Shown: positions 19,921-28,556, numbered from the stretch's first letter. The stretch is DNA of 61,949 nt from an uncultured Bacillales bacterium (GCA_945929875.1 CAMEOO010000003.1:1-61949); one strand, 5' to 3'. The notes: generated from the letters alone by a model not told the origin. Program-made: numbers and translations.

Positions 19921-20683
19921 GAATAAGAATATAGGTAGTGTCATTTATATTGTTGAAGGTAGAGAAGAAGAGCCGAGAATAATTCGGGAGTTTTATAAGA
20001 CTTTTTTAGGATATAATGTTTATCAACTCAATAGAGAAGATGACATAGAAATGCTTAAAAAAGAGAATAATAAGTATAGCAAAGTAATTATTGTTACAAT
20101 TAATAAACCACAAATAAAGGAGATAATTTCAGACAATATTGATAAATTTTATCAAGAAGTATTTATTAATAAGTTAAATGGAATAGTAGATACAGAATCT
20201 TCCGCTATATACTATATTTTTGATCGTGATGATAAAAGCAATACAAAAGAAGATATAGAAAAAGCGATGAATAAATATAATAACTCGAGAGAATCTTCTG
20301 ATTATAATTCAGTTCATGGGCTATTATTACTTAGTTATCCATGTATTGAATCGCTATATTTAAATTGTTATAAAGATAAATCTAGTTTTTCTTCATCAAA
20401 AGAAATTAAAAGATATGCAAGAGAAAACAGATTAAAAAAATTAAATGATAAAAGCTTTGAAAATGCGATAAAAGAAATGGATAGAATAATTAAAACAAAA
20501 TTTGATATTCAAATTTCTCCATCTGATTTAGATGCGTTTGAAAAAGTAAATATAGAAATTCTAGATAAGGAAGATAAAATTTATAATTACTACCATAAGT
20601 ATGTAACTTTATCGCTATTTATGATTTCATTATTAGATTTAGAAATAATTACATTTTCTAAAGAAAAAATAATCGACTATTAG
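19904..20683 (+). CDS. RloB/AbiLii-like (TOPRIM-type) partner (module 1)
   Basis: ATG 19904 follows GGAGGT and overlaps the ATPase stop by 17 nt. Has the 'VIYIVEGREEEPRIIREFY' acidic box and 'YYIFDRDD'. Confidence 0.6.
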   Translation: MININKNKNIGSVIYIVEGREEEPRIIREFYKTFLGYNVYQLNREDDIEMLKKENNKYSKVIIVTINKPQIKEIISDNIDKFYQEVFINKLNGIVDTESSAIYYIFDRDDKSNTKEDIEKAMNKYNNSRESSDYNSVHGLLLLSYPCIESLYLNCYKDKSSFSSSKEIKRYARENRLKKLNDKSFENAIKEMDRIIKTKFDIQISPSDLDAFEKVNIEILDKEDKIYNYYHKYVTLSLFMISLLDLEIITFSKEKIIDY

Positions 20684-20972
20684 ATATTTATGCTAAAAAA
20701 ATCAAACTTTATAAAATTAATATATTTAAAAAAGACGGGATAACTATTTGTTTACAATAGCGGTCCCAACTTTTATTTTAGATAATTGAAGTGCTTCAAT
20801 TGAAACAATATTATGCTTTATGTTTCAAGTAATTTTGTAAGCGTAAAAATGGTTCTTTCCACGATTAGTTGACAAAATTAACATTTTAATATAGGAAGTG
20901 GAGTAAAATCATCTGTAAAAAAATGAGTAAAATCATATTTTACACATATAATGTAAATATATAACATTATTG

Positions 20973-20989
20973 ATGTAAAAAAATTACAT
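20973..20989. promoter_or_regulatory. Perfect 6-5-6 palindrome ATGTAA-AAAAA-TTACAT just upstream of a TTGAAT-17-TATCAT promoter for module 2
   Basis: Same core as the 18691-18768 motif. A further TGTAAAAAAAT at 20914-20924 is flanked by direct GAGTAAAATCAT repeats (20901-20912 and 20925-20936). Confidence 0.5.
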
Positions 20990-21047
20990 TAATGTTGAAT
21001 TCGGAAAGAGAGTGAACTATCATATGAATGTAAGGGGTAATAAAATC

Positions 21048-22136
21048 ATGTTAAAAGAGTTTAGGGTTAAGAATTTTAGAAGTTTTAGAGACTGGCTTGT
21101 TTTTAAACTAGATAATGTCCGTGACTATTCGTTTAATGAGAATTGTGTAAAAAATGGTTTAGTCAATAAAGCAGTAATCTATGGAAAAAATGGCAGTGGA
21201 AAAAGTAATCTAGGTTTTGCTATCATGGATATTTCTACTCATTTATTTGATGGAATGAATGCAATGAGATTTAGTCCATATTTAAATCTAAACTCTACTG
21301 AAAGTGAAGCTTCTTTTGTCTATGTATTTAAATTTGAAGATGATATTATAGAATATTCATATAGAAAAGATACGAATAGAAATTTAGTTTTTGAAGAAAT
21401 CAAAGAAAATGGAAATATTATTTTTCAATATAATTTTATAAATAAAAAAATAGTAAATAATATTTCAGACATTAATACTTTAAAATTTGAAAATAATACT
21501 TCAAATATTTCGATGGTAAAATTTATTTATAATAATTCTATTCTTCAAAATAACTCACCTATTAAAAGAATTGTTGAATTCGCTTCGAATATGCTTTGGT
21601 TTAGATCGGTAAGGAACTTTGAGTACATTACTCCGAATGTAGGAGTGGAAGATATTAACGATTTCATTATAAAGAATAATTTGGTATTGGAACTACAAAA
21701 TTTCTTTAAAGGCATTGGATTAAATTATAATCTAAGTAGATATAACAATTTAGGGAAAGAGATAGTTATTGCAAATTACGAAAATGGTAGCGCTCCGCTA
21801 GTGAATGTTGCTTCTACTGGTACGATGTCGCTATGGTTATTCTTTTATTGGATGCATAAAAATAATAACATCTCTTTCTTATTCATCGATGAGTTTGATG
21901 CTTTCTATCATTATGAATTATCAAAAAATATACTAATTAATACTATTAATAATAATAATTTCCAATCGATATTAACTACTCATAATGCATTTTTGTGCGA
22001 CAACGATATAATGAGACCAGATTGTTATTTTATTATTAATAATGAATCTATAAAAAGTTTCGCAGATTCAACCTCAAAGGTTATTAGACAAGGGCATAAC
22101 CTAGAAAAGATGATGATTAGCGGTGAGTTCGAATAA
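21048..22136 (+). CDS. AAA_21/ABC-type ATPase (module 2)
   Basis: 'MLKEFRVKNFRSFRDW', Walker A 'GKNGSGKSN', 'LFIDEFDAFYH', 'ILTTHN', and 'QGHNLEKMMISGEF'. ATG 21048 follows AAGGGG. Confidence 0.75.
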   Translation: MLKEFRVKNFRSFRDWLVFKLDNVRDYSFNENCVKNGLVNKAVIYGKNGSGKSNLGFAIMDISTHLFDGMNAMRFSPYLNLNSTESEASFVYVFKFEDDIIEYSYRKDTNRNLVFEEIKENGNIIFQYNFINKKIVNNISDINTLKFENNTSNISMVKFIYNNSILQNNSPIKRIVEFASNMLWFRSVRNFEYITPNVGVEDINDFIIKNNLVLELQNFFKGIGLNYNLSRYNNLGKEIVIANYENGSAPLVNVASTGTMSLWLFFYWMHKNNNISFLFIDEFDAFYHYELSKNILINTINNNNFQSILTTHNAFLCDNDIMRPDCYFIINNESIKSFADSTSKVIRQGHNLEKMMISGEFE

Positions 22137-22869
22137 AAAAATTCTATTTTTAGTTGAAGGAGACCAAATGGAAAAATGCAATGTTGAAAATGTTGCTAAA
22201 AAAATGTTCCATTTGGTTAAAGAGGATTACAAAATAGTTTCATATGGGACTTCATTATATGAACTATACGAAGAATTATCGTCAGATCCTTTACTTTCAT
22301 TAGTCGGATTATTGAAGTCAACAGGGAAAATAACTCTCGGCCCTGAAGAGTTATCTAAACAAGCTTTTTCACAAATATATCTTGTTTTTGATTATGAGCC
22401 ACATTATCAAAAATACTCTGACGAGAAGGTTAAAAAAATGTTATCTTTTTTTGACAACGAGACTGAAAATGGAAAATTGTATATAAATTATCCTATGTTT
22501 GAAGCGGCTTTTTATCTTGATGATTTTGAAAATCCAAAATGTGCATATGAAAAAATTAGCATTATAGATTGCTGTGGAGAAACATTTAAAACAAAAGTTA
22601 GATCTTTGTCGTGTTTTGGAAAGAAAAATCATTTAGATTTTAGTTTATCAAAAACGTTAGATATATGGCAAAGTATTAAATGGAATTATAAAAGAGTTGT
22701 TTATTTAATTGGGAAAGAAGAACTAGATTACCAAATGGTTTTAGATAGACAAATAGAGATTAAAAATTCGAAGGAAAAATCGATATTAATATTATCTACA
22801 TTTGTTCTAATGATCGTGGATTATAATCCTGGAATTTTGAAAGTATTAGAAGAAAGAATCGGTTTATGA
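22123..22869 (+). CDS. RloB/DUF4276-like small partner (module 2)
   Basis: GTG start overlaps the ATPase stop by 14 nt. Has the 'KILFLVEGDQMEK' box and 'IYLVFDYE'. Confidence 0.5.
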   Translation: MSSNKKILFLVEGDQMEKCNVENVAKKMFHLVKEDYKIVSYGTSLYELYEELSSDPLLSLVGLLKSTGKITLGPEELSKQAFSQIYLVFDYEPHYQKYSDEKVKKMLSFFDNETENGKLYINYPMFEAAFYLDDFENPKCAYEKISIIDCCGETFKTKVRSLSCFGKKNHLDFSLSKTLDIWQSIKWNYKRVVYLIGKEELDYQMVLDRQIEIKNSKEKSILILSTFVLMIVDYNPGILKVLEERIGL

Positions 22870-22939
22870 AATGAATGTTTTAAACTATCTTTAGTTATTC
22901 ATTGAAAAATGATATATAAATAATAATCCTAAGAGTAAA

Positions 22940-23158
22940 TATCTTACTTAGTTGCAGTCTTTGGAGGTATATCTCTATATGATCAATATAAATGAGAATA
23001 AGAATATAGGTAGTGTCATTTATATTGTTGAAGGTAGAGAAGAAGAGATGAGAATAATTCGGGAGTTTTATAAGACTTTTTTAGGATATGCTTGTCAAGT
23101 CAATAGAGAAGACGATAAAGAGATTGAGCATATAGTAGATAAGTTGATTGCCTTATAA
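22940..23158 (+). pseudogene. Remnant of an ATPase-3'-end / RloB-5'-end junction (copy of 19870-20046)
   Basis: About 175 bp at ~93% identity to the module-1 junction. Encodes 'MININENKNIGSVIYIVEGREEEMRIIREFYKTFLGY', then diverges and stops after 60 codons. No ATPase body lies upstream. Confidence 0.75.
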
Positions 23159-23456
23159 GCATAATCTTTACAGAATGTAATTATTTTGTAATGAATTCTC
23201 TGTTTTTTGTTTAATTTTGTGCATAATTGTCACTTGTTTGTAAAAAAAGTGAATTTATGAAAAAGATTCTATTCTTTTATAGTGCATTATAATAATATGA
23301 ATAGTTTTTCAAATGTACATAAAGATTCTTTTAGATAATAATTTTTGCAAAAAACGATAAAAGTATAAAATTTAATATAAAAAATGAGAAATTTTCTCAA
23401 TTTATGGTTTAAAATTATATAATTATTGATAAAATATATAAAAAGGAGATAGCAAA

Positions 23457-24689
23457 ATGTTATTGAACTTCAGAGTTAAAAATTATAAGTCTTTTGTAGA
23501 AGATAGCGAATTAAATATGCTTGCGGCTTCCATTAAAGAGCATAGCGATAGTTTAATTGTTGAAAATGATGTGAAGGTATTGCCTATCGCCGCTATATTT
23601 GGGGCAAATGGAAGTGGAAAGTCAAATTTTTTAGAGGCTATTGCTTTACTTCATGATTTGCTCATCGTATATTCTAGTAAAGATGAAAGAGTGACATTAA
23701 AAGATTGTGTATCTAGCTATATTTTTGATAGTGAAATTAAAAATTCTCCTACAGAATTGGAAATCTCTGTATGTGATAAGGAGACAAAAAAAGAATATAG
23801 ATATGGTATTTCATTAAATAGTGAAAAGATTTTAGAAGAATGGCTTTTTATGAAAGTTTTTTCTCAAACTAAAAATGTTAAGGAAAAATGTGTTTTTTAT
23901 AGAGAGTATGGTAAAAAGCTTAGATCAGATTTATCCGATAAAGATCGAAAAGAAATTGATTTTGTTTTCTCGTTTACTTTAGAAGATGAACTATTGATGT
24001 CAAATTTAGGCAAAAGAGGAATTAGCAAGTATCAATATATTTGTAGATGGTTTAAAGAAAAAACAAATTATTTAAATTATTCTAGTGATATTATTCTATC
24101 GAAAAAAAATTTTAAATTGATGGAAGTTTTTTATAAAAATAAAAACTGGTTAGATATCATTGTAAAATTTATGAAAACGATAGATGAATCAATTATCAAT
24201 ATTGAGATTGATGAAGAAACAAATAATAATATGAATGTAGTTTATACCCCTTATTCTATTCATAAAAATGACGATGGAAGTTTTGCTAGAATTCCATTTT
24301 CCTTAGAATCAAGTGGTTCAAAGAAGATGTTTACTTTTTTATTATATCTTTTATTAAGTCTAAATAATGGATTCACTTTGGTTGTTGATGAACTCGACTC
24401 AAAATTACACCCATTAATTTTAAGATATATTGTTGGATTATATACAAATAAGAAAATTAATATTGGAGGAGGACAATTAATCTTTACTTCTCATAATTTA
24501 ATTTGTTTAGATTCATCTGACTTAAGAAGAGATGAAATTTTCTTCGTAGAGAAAATTAATCAAAAATCTTCTTTATTTTCTTTATATGACTTTAAAGATT
24601 CAAGCATTAGAAATGATTTAAGTTTTGGAAAACATTACTTAAATGGAAGATTTGGAGCAGTACCGTTTATTAATGACGATAAGGAGTAA
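23457..24689 (+). CDS. AAA_21/ABC-type ATPase (module 3)
   Basis: 'MLLNFRVKNYKSF', Walker A 'GANGSGKSN', 'LVVDELDSKLHP', 'IFTSHN', and 'HYLNGRFGAVP'. Confidence 0.75.
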   Translation: MLLNFRVKNYKSFVEDSELNMLAASIKEHSDSLIVENDVKVLPIAAIFGANGSGKSNFLEAIALLHDLLIVYSSKDERVTLKDCVSSYIFDSEIKNSPTELEISVCDKETKKEYRYGISLNSEKILEEWLFMKVFSQTKNVKEKCVFYREYGKKLRSDLSDKDRKEIDFVFSFTLEDELLMSNLGKRGISKYQYICRWFKEKTNYLNYSSDIILSKKNFKLMEVFYKNKNWLDIIVKFMKTIDESIINIEIDEETNNNMNVVYTPYSIHKNDDGSFARIPFSLESSGSKKMFTFLLYLLLSLNNGFTLVVDELDSKLHPLILRYIVGLYTNKKINIGGGQLIFTSHNLICLDSSDLRRDEIFFVEKINQKSSLFSLYDFKDSSIRNDLSFGKHYLNGRFGAVPFINDDKE

Positions 24690-24692
24690 TTT

Positions 24693-24887
24693 ATGGGTGC
24701 TGATAATTTTAACAAAAGAAGAAATAAATAGCGAAGAGAAAGAAGATCTAAAGAACTTCTCTTACGAGCAGAATCCTGGCTAATAGTATGTGAAGGAGAA
24801 ATAACAGAACCAAATTATTTAAATGCACTTTTTGATTATATTAATATTTATCACTCAAAAATGCATATAAAAAAATTAAATATATAA
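24693..24887 (+). pseudogene. Decayed RloB-like partner of module 3 (in-frame TAG at codon 13, truncated after ~64 codons)
   Basis: ATG lies 3 nt after the ATPase stop. TAG at 24729-24731. The same frame continues 'WLIVCEGEITEPNYLNALF', the canonical RloB N-terminal box, then runs into the next module's promoter region. Confidence 0.7.
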
Positions 24888-25021
24888 TAAAATACGCAAA
24901 ATTTTTACCGCAAAAATAATAGTTAACTATCAATTTGCGAATAATTTTTGCATAATACGAAAGAAAATATTGCGTTTTGCATAAACTATTATATAATGAT
25001 AATAGAAATGAGGAAAAATAT

Positions 25022-26308
25022 ATGATCATACAGAGTGTTTCAATTAATGGATATAAGAATTTATCCAAAGTAAAAATAAAATTTGATAAAATTACTGCTT
25101 TAGTTTCCTTAAATAACTTTGGAAAATCAAACGTTTTATCTGGAATTGATTTTGCTATTTCGTTTATTAAAGCATCTAGTGATGTGAAAAGGAACATGAT
25201 GTCAAATTTATCATGCGTACCATTAAAAAAAGCAAACTTTTTAAAGAATTTCAAATACAGTATGATTTTATCTACTTTAATTAATGAAAAGAAATATCTT
25301 ATTTCGTATTCTTTTGAATTTGAATGGCAAAAAGGTCAAGAGCATGATCCAAAAATTCTATCTGAATCTCTTAAAATGAAATTAGATGAAAAAGGGCAAA
25401 AATATACTCAATTAATTGATAGGAAAAATAATGCTTCTTATTACAAAAGCTCAGAAACTGGAAGATGTAGCAGTGAAATTAATATAGGATCTTGTGAACT
25501 AATAGTGAATAAGTTAAAAGCATATGATAATTTATTTTATAAGGATATTATTTCTGAAATAAATGAAATTAAAATCTACATAGAAAATAATCTTGAAGTA
25601 AGAGAAAATTTTTTACCTAATCCAATAATACGAAAAGATTTTGAAAACGAACTGATTAATGCAGATAATTTACCTAGAATTATATTTACTCTTAAAAATA
25701 AATATCCAGATAAATATAGCCTTTTAATTAATATTTTTACTCAGATATTCCCTGACATCAAACAGATAGAAGTAAAAGAAGTTAAATATAACAATGATAG
25801 CAATAATCAATTTGATGAAGATGCAATATATACTATTGCTAACACGATTTATGTGCTTTTTATATATGATGATAAATCAAGATTTCCACTCAGATTTGAT
25901 ATGCTTTCTGATGGAACAAAAAGAATATTTATGATTTTGACTAAAGTAATTCTTTCTAGTATTAGCAATATAGCTTTAATTGCAATAGAAGAACCTGAGA
26001 ATTCAATACATCCTAGTTTATTTAGAGCTTATTTAGAAATATTAAGTGACTTGTTATTTGATTGTAAAATAATAATTGCTACTCATTCTCCTTATGTTAT
26101 AAGTTATTTAAACCCTCTATGGATTCATGTTGGGATCGATAAAAATGATGGATTAGCTAGATTTTATCCTATAAATAAAGCAAAAGAAAAGCAATTAGAA
26201 AAAGATGCAGAGTTTTTTAAGATGAATACAGGCGATTATTTATTCTCTTTACTAGCGGATCCAAGTAGCGATATCTCATCTTTCTTGGAGTGTGATAGCG
26301 ATGAATAA
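25022..26308 (+). CDS. OLD/AAA_15-type ATPase (module 4)
   Basis: 'IQSVSINGYKNL', P-loop 'SLNNFGKSN' (first Gly replaced), 'IAIEEPENSIHP' (EEPE..HP is OLD-family-like), and 'IIATHSP'. A TATAAT lies at 24991-24996. Confidence 0.7.
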   Translation: MIIQSVSINGYKNLSKVKIKFDKITALVSLNNFGKSNVLSGIDFAISFIKASSDVKRNMMSNLSCVPLKKANFLKNFKYSMILSTLINEKKYLISYSFEFEWQKGQEHDPKILSESLKMKLDEKGQKYTQLIDRKNNASYYKSSETGRCSSEINIGSCELIVNKLKAYDNLFYKDIISEINEIKIYIENNLEVRENFLPNPIIRKDFENELINADNLPRIIFTLKNKYPDKYSLLINIFTQIFPDIKQIEVKEVKYNNDSNNQFDEDAIYTIANTIYVLFIYDDKSRFPLRFDMLSDGTKRIFMILTKVILSSISNIALIAIEEPENSIHPSLFRAYLEILSDLLFDCKIIIATHSPYVISYLNPLWIHVGIDKNDGLARFYPINKAKEKQLEKDAEFFKMNTGDYLFSLLADPSSDISSFLECDSDE

Positions 26309-26906
26309 ATGTATAGTTATAATTGCTGAAGGTGAAACCGAAGTAGAGTTTTACAAAAAAATGATCAGTTATTTTAGAAATAAAAACTCTATTGTTCGAT
26401 TTAATTCATGCATAGAGTATTTAAATGTTAATGGAATAGGCGGCTTTAAAAATAATGCATTGAGAAAATTTATAAAAGAAGTTGTCCCTAAATATGGTAA
26501 GAATTGTGAGTATATTGTTTTTTTGTGTAGTGATACTGATGTATTTGAGTTTTCTATAAGGCCTCCGATTAATTGGGAAGTAGTTATTAGTGAATTTAAA
26601 AAGAATGGCGCTAATGAAGTTTTTCAAATAGAGGCCGATAAATCTATAGAAGACTGGTTTTTAATAGATCTAGAAGGAATAATAAAGTATTTGAGGCTTA
26701 AAAAGAATACTAAACCTACAGGTAAAAATGGGTATGAAAAGCTTAAATCTCTATTTAAACTTGCAAATCGTATGTACTATAAAGGTGCAAAATGTGAGGG
26801 ATTAATTGATCATTTAGATATTGGTAAAATTTATGAAAAAAAGTTGAATAAGTTGAAACCTTTATTTGAAAAACTTACTAAAAAAGAATTACAGTCAATT
26901 TGTTAA
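26301..26906 (+). CDS. DUF4276-like (TOPRIM-type) partner (module 4)
   Basis: ATG overlaps the ATPase stop by 8 nt. Has 'CIVIIAEGETEVEFY', 'VFLCSDTDV' and 'SIEDWFL'. Confidence 0.55.
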   Translation: MNKCIVIIAEGETEVEFYKKMISYFRNKNSIVRFNSCIEYLNVNGIGGFKNNALRKFIKEVVPKYGKNCEYIVFLCSDTDVFEFSIRPPINWEVVISEFKKNGANEVFQIEADKSIEDWFLIDLEGIIKYLRLKKNTKPTGKNGYEKLKSLFKLANRMYYKGAKCEGLIDHLDIGKIYEKKLNKLKPLFEKLTKKELQSIC

Positions 26907-26930
26907 AAATTGATCTTGTATATAAAAAAA

Positions 26931-26951
26931 GTCAGAGAAATCTCTGACTTT
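26931..26951. terminator. Short hairpin after module 4 (weak T-run)
   Basis: GTCAGAG-AAAT-CTCTGAC, preceded by A7 and followed by only TTT. Confidence 0.4.
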
Positions 26952-27206
26952 GAATCACTTGCTCAAGAAGTCCTTAAGCTAGTTTTTCCGCAAAAAAATC
27001 ATAGCAAAGAAAAACTTCTAGTGCAAGAAAAATTAAAAAGGAGGTTGATATTATGCTATGGTTTTATGATGTACAGTTATATTATTTCATTGATTCTTTT
27101 TCAATAATTATAAAAAATCATAATAAAGAAATAAAACAATTTGGCTACTTATAAATTTATTATTGTTTTTTTATATTCGTTAATTTTATAGAAAGGGAAG
27201 GAAAAA

Positions 27207-28115
27207 ATGAAATTAGTATTAAATAATAAAAGAATAAATTCAATTAAAATATTAGAAAAATTTAACATCGAAAAAATAAAAATCGGAATACCAGTTAAAA
27301 ATGATGAGGCTAGAAAAGTCTGTCTTACAAATGTTGGAGATGTGGTTTTGCCAGATGCAAAATTTGGCCCCTTAAGTAAGAAAAATGCAAATGGATATTC
27401 TTATGCGGATAAAACAAAGCAAAAAGAAATGCGTTATGTAAATACTATTCGCTTTCATCCATATGGAAATGATAATGCAGATGAAATATATAAGGATATT
27501 TATAGATTGTGTTATCCAAAAATTGAAGTTCCACCATATGAAATTTCACTACAATTAACTAGCAATAGTAGAAGTGAATTATTCATATATGCAGTTTTAA
27601 CTAAACAAATAAGAGATAATTTCATCAAAGAGGCTATTAACCTCCTTTTAGAAATATTTGGCATTTGTGTTATTACTGATGAAGATATTGATGTAAACTT
27701 TACAAACAAAACAAACTGGTGCAACTGGGTTATACTTCCACCAGGAGAAAAGCCTAGTGATTATTTGAAGAATTTTTATAATAACAATTCTAGTAAAAAG
27801 AATATGGATTTTGATCTAGAAAGACTCAAATATATCGAGAGCTTTAATTATATATCCGATAGTGTAGGAATAAATGGCTTTAGAGGATATACTGCCTTCA
27901 TATTTGAAAAATATTGTGTTTTTGAATGTGCAACTTACGGAAATGCTATTTATATAGTAGAAAGAGAAAATTGGGAAGAACTAAGTAAAAGAACAAAAAA
28001 AGAACTAATTGTAGAAGGAAAAGTAGTTGCAAAAATTGAACATAAAGAATTTTGGAAAGAAAGTCTAAAGAAAGAATTCAAAAAATTAGGAATTACTAGA
28101 AGAGTTGAAGTATAG
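27207..28115 (+). CDS. Hypothetical 302-aa protein, no family recognised
   Basis: RBS AAGGGAAGGA, long clean ORF, own terminator, no TM segment or signal peptide. Confidence 0.7.
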   Translation: MKLVLNNKRINSIKILEKFNIEKIKIGIPVKNDEARKVCLTNVGDVVLPDAKFGPLSKKNANGYSYADKTKQKEMRYVNTIRFHPYGNDNADEIYKDIYRLCYPKIEVPPYEISLQLTSNSRSELFIYAVLTKQIRDNFIKEAINLLLEIFGICVITDEDIDVNFTNKTNWCNWVILPPGEKPSDYLKNFYNNNSSKKNMDFDLERLKYIESFNYISDSVGINGFRGYTAFIFEKYCVFECATYGNAIYIVERENWEELSKRTKKELIVEGKVVAKIEHKEFWKESLKKEFKKLGITRRVEV

Positions 28116-28156
28116 TAGCTTATTCACAATTTTTATTTTTAGCAACAATTTTAAGA

Positions 28157-28206
28157 TAATAATAGAAATGCGCTTAATTTTAAAAACCCATTTCTATTAT
28201 TTTTTA
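28157..28206 (+). terminator. Rho-independent terminator (13-bp perfect stem)
   Basis: AATAATAGAAATG...CATTTCTATTATT followed by T-rich sequence. Confidence 0.7.
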
Positions 28207-28406
28207 TTATAAAAATAATCGACAAACGATAAAAATATGTTTATTTCATTTAAAAAAAAGAAAAAAATTATCAAAAATGATTCTACTTATTGACATTAAG
28301 TCCTAGTAAGAATAGTATTTTTATACCGATATTTATGATTTAAAGGAGCATTTTTGACAGAGGTTGACATTTTTATTATCTATAACTATTAAATATAACT
28401 ATTTAA

Positions 28407-28436
28407 TTGACATAATATTTAGGATTATTTTATAAT
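28407..28436 (+). promoter_or_regulatory. Sigma-A-type promoter TTGACA-18-TATAAT for the fibre/adhesin locus
   Basis: TTGACA at 28407-28412 and TATAAT at 28431-28436. Three more TTGACA hexamers lie at 28290, 28354 and 28364. Confidence 0.5.
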
Positions 28437-28447
28437 TAGTGTACTAA

Positions 28448-28461
28448 TGAAAGCGCTAACA
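28448..28461. promoter_or_regulatory. Consensus cre (CcpA) site just downstream of the -10 box
   Basis: A-TGAAAGCGCTAACA fits WTGNAANCGNWNNCW at every constrained position. Confidence 0.6.
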
Positions 28462-28556
28462 AAGAAAAAAATTTAAATAGTGTTTTTATTTATCGATTTT
28501 TATTTTATAAGTCTATTGATTATGAAAATGAAAAATAAGAAAAGGAGGTTAGAGAA

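Noticed and set aside
26910-27107. 65-aa plus-strand ORF between module 4 and the 302-aa gene
   Set aside because: It starts with TTG, has no RBS and reads straight through the 26931-26948 hairpin. It is probably non-coding spacer.
18605-28206. Integrative mobile element boundaries for the island (att-like direct repeats, tRNA target, integrase)
   Set aside because: No integrase, transposase or recombinase ORF was found, there is no tRNA gene, and I found no flanking direct repeats. The only long repeat is internal (19870-20046 and 22940-23116).
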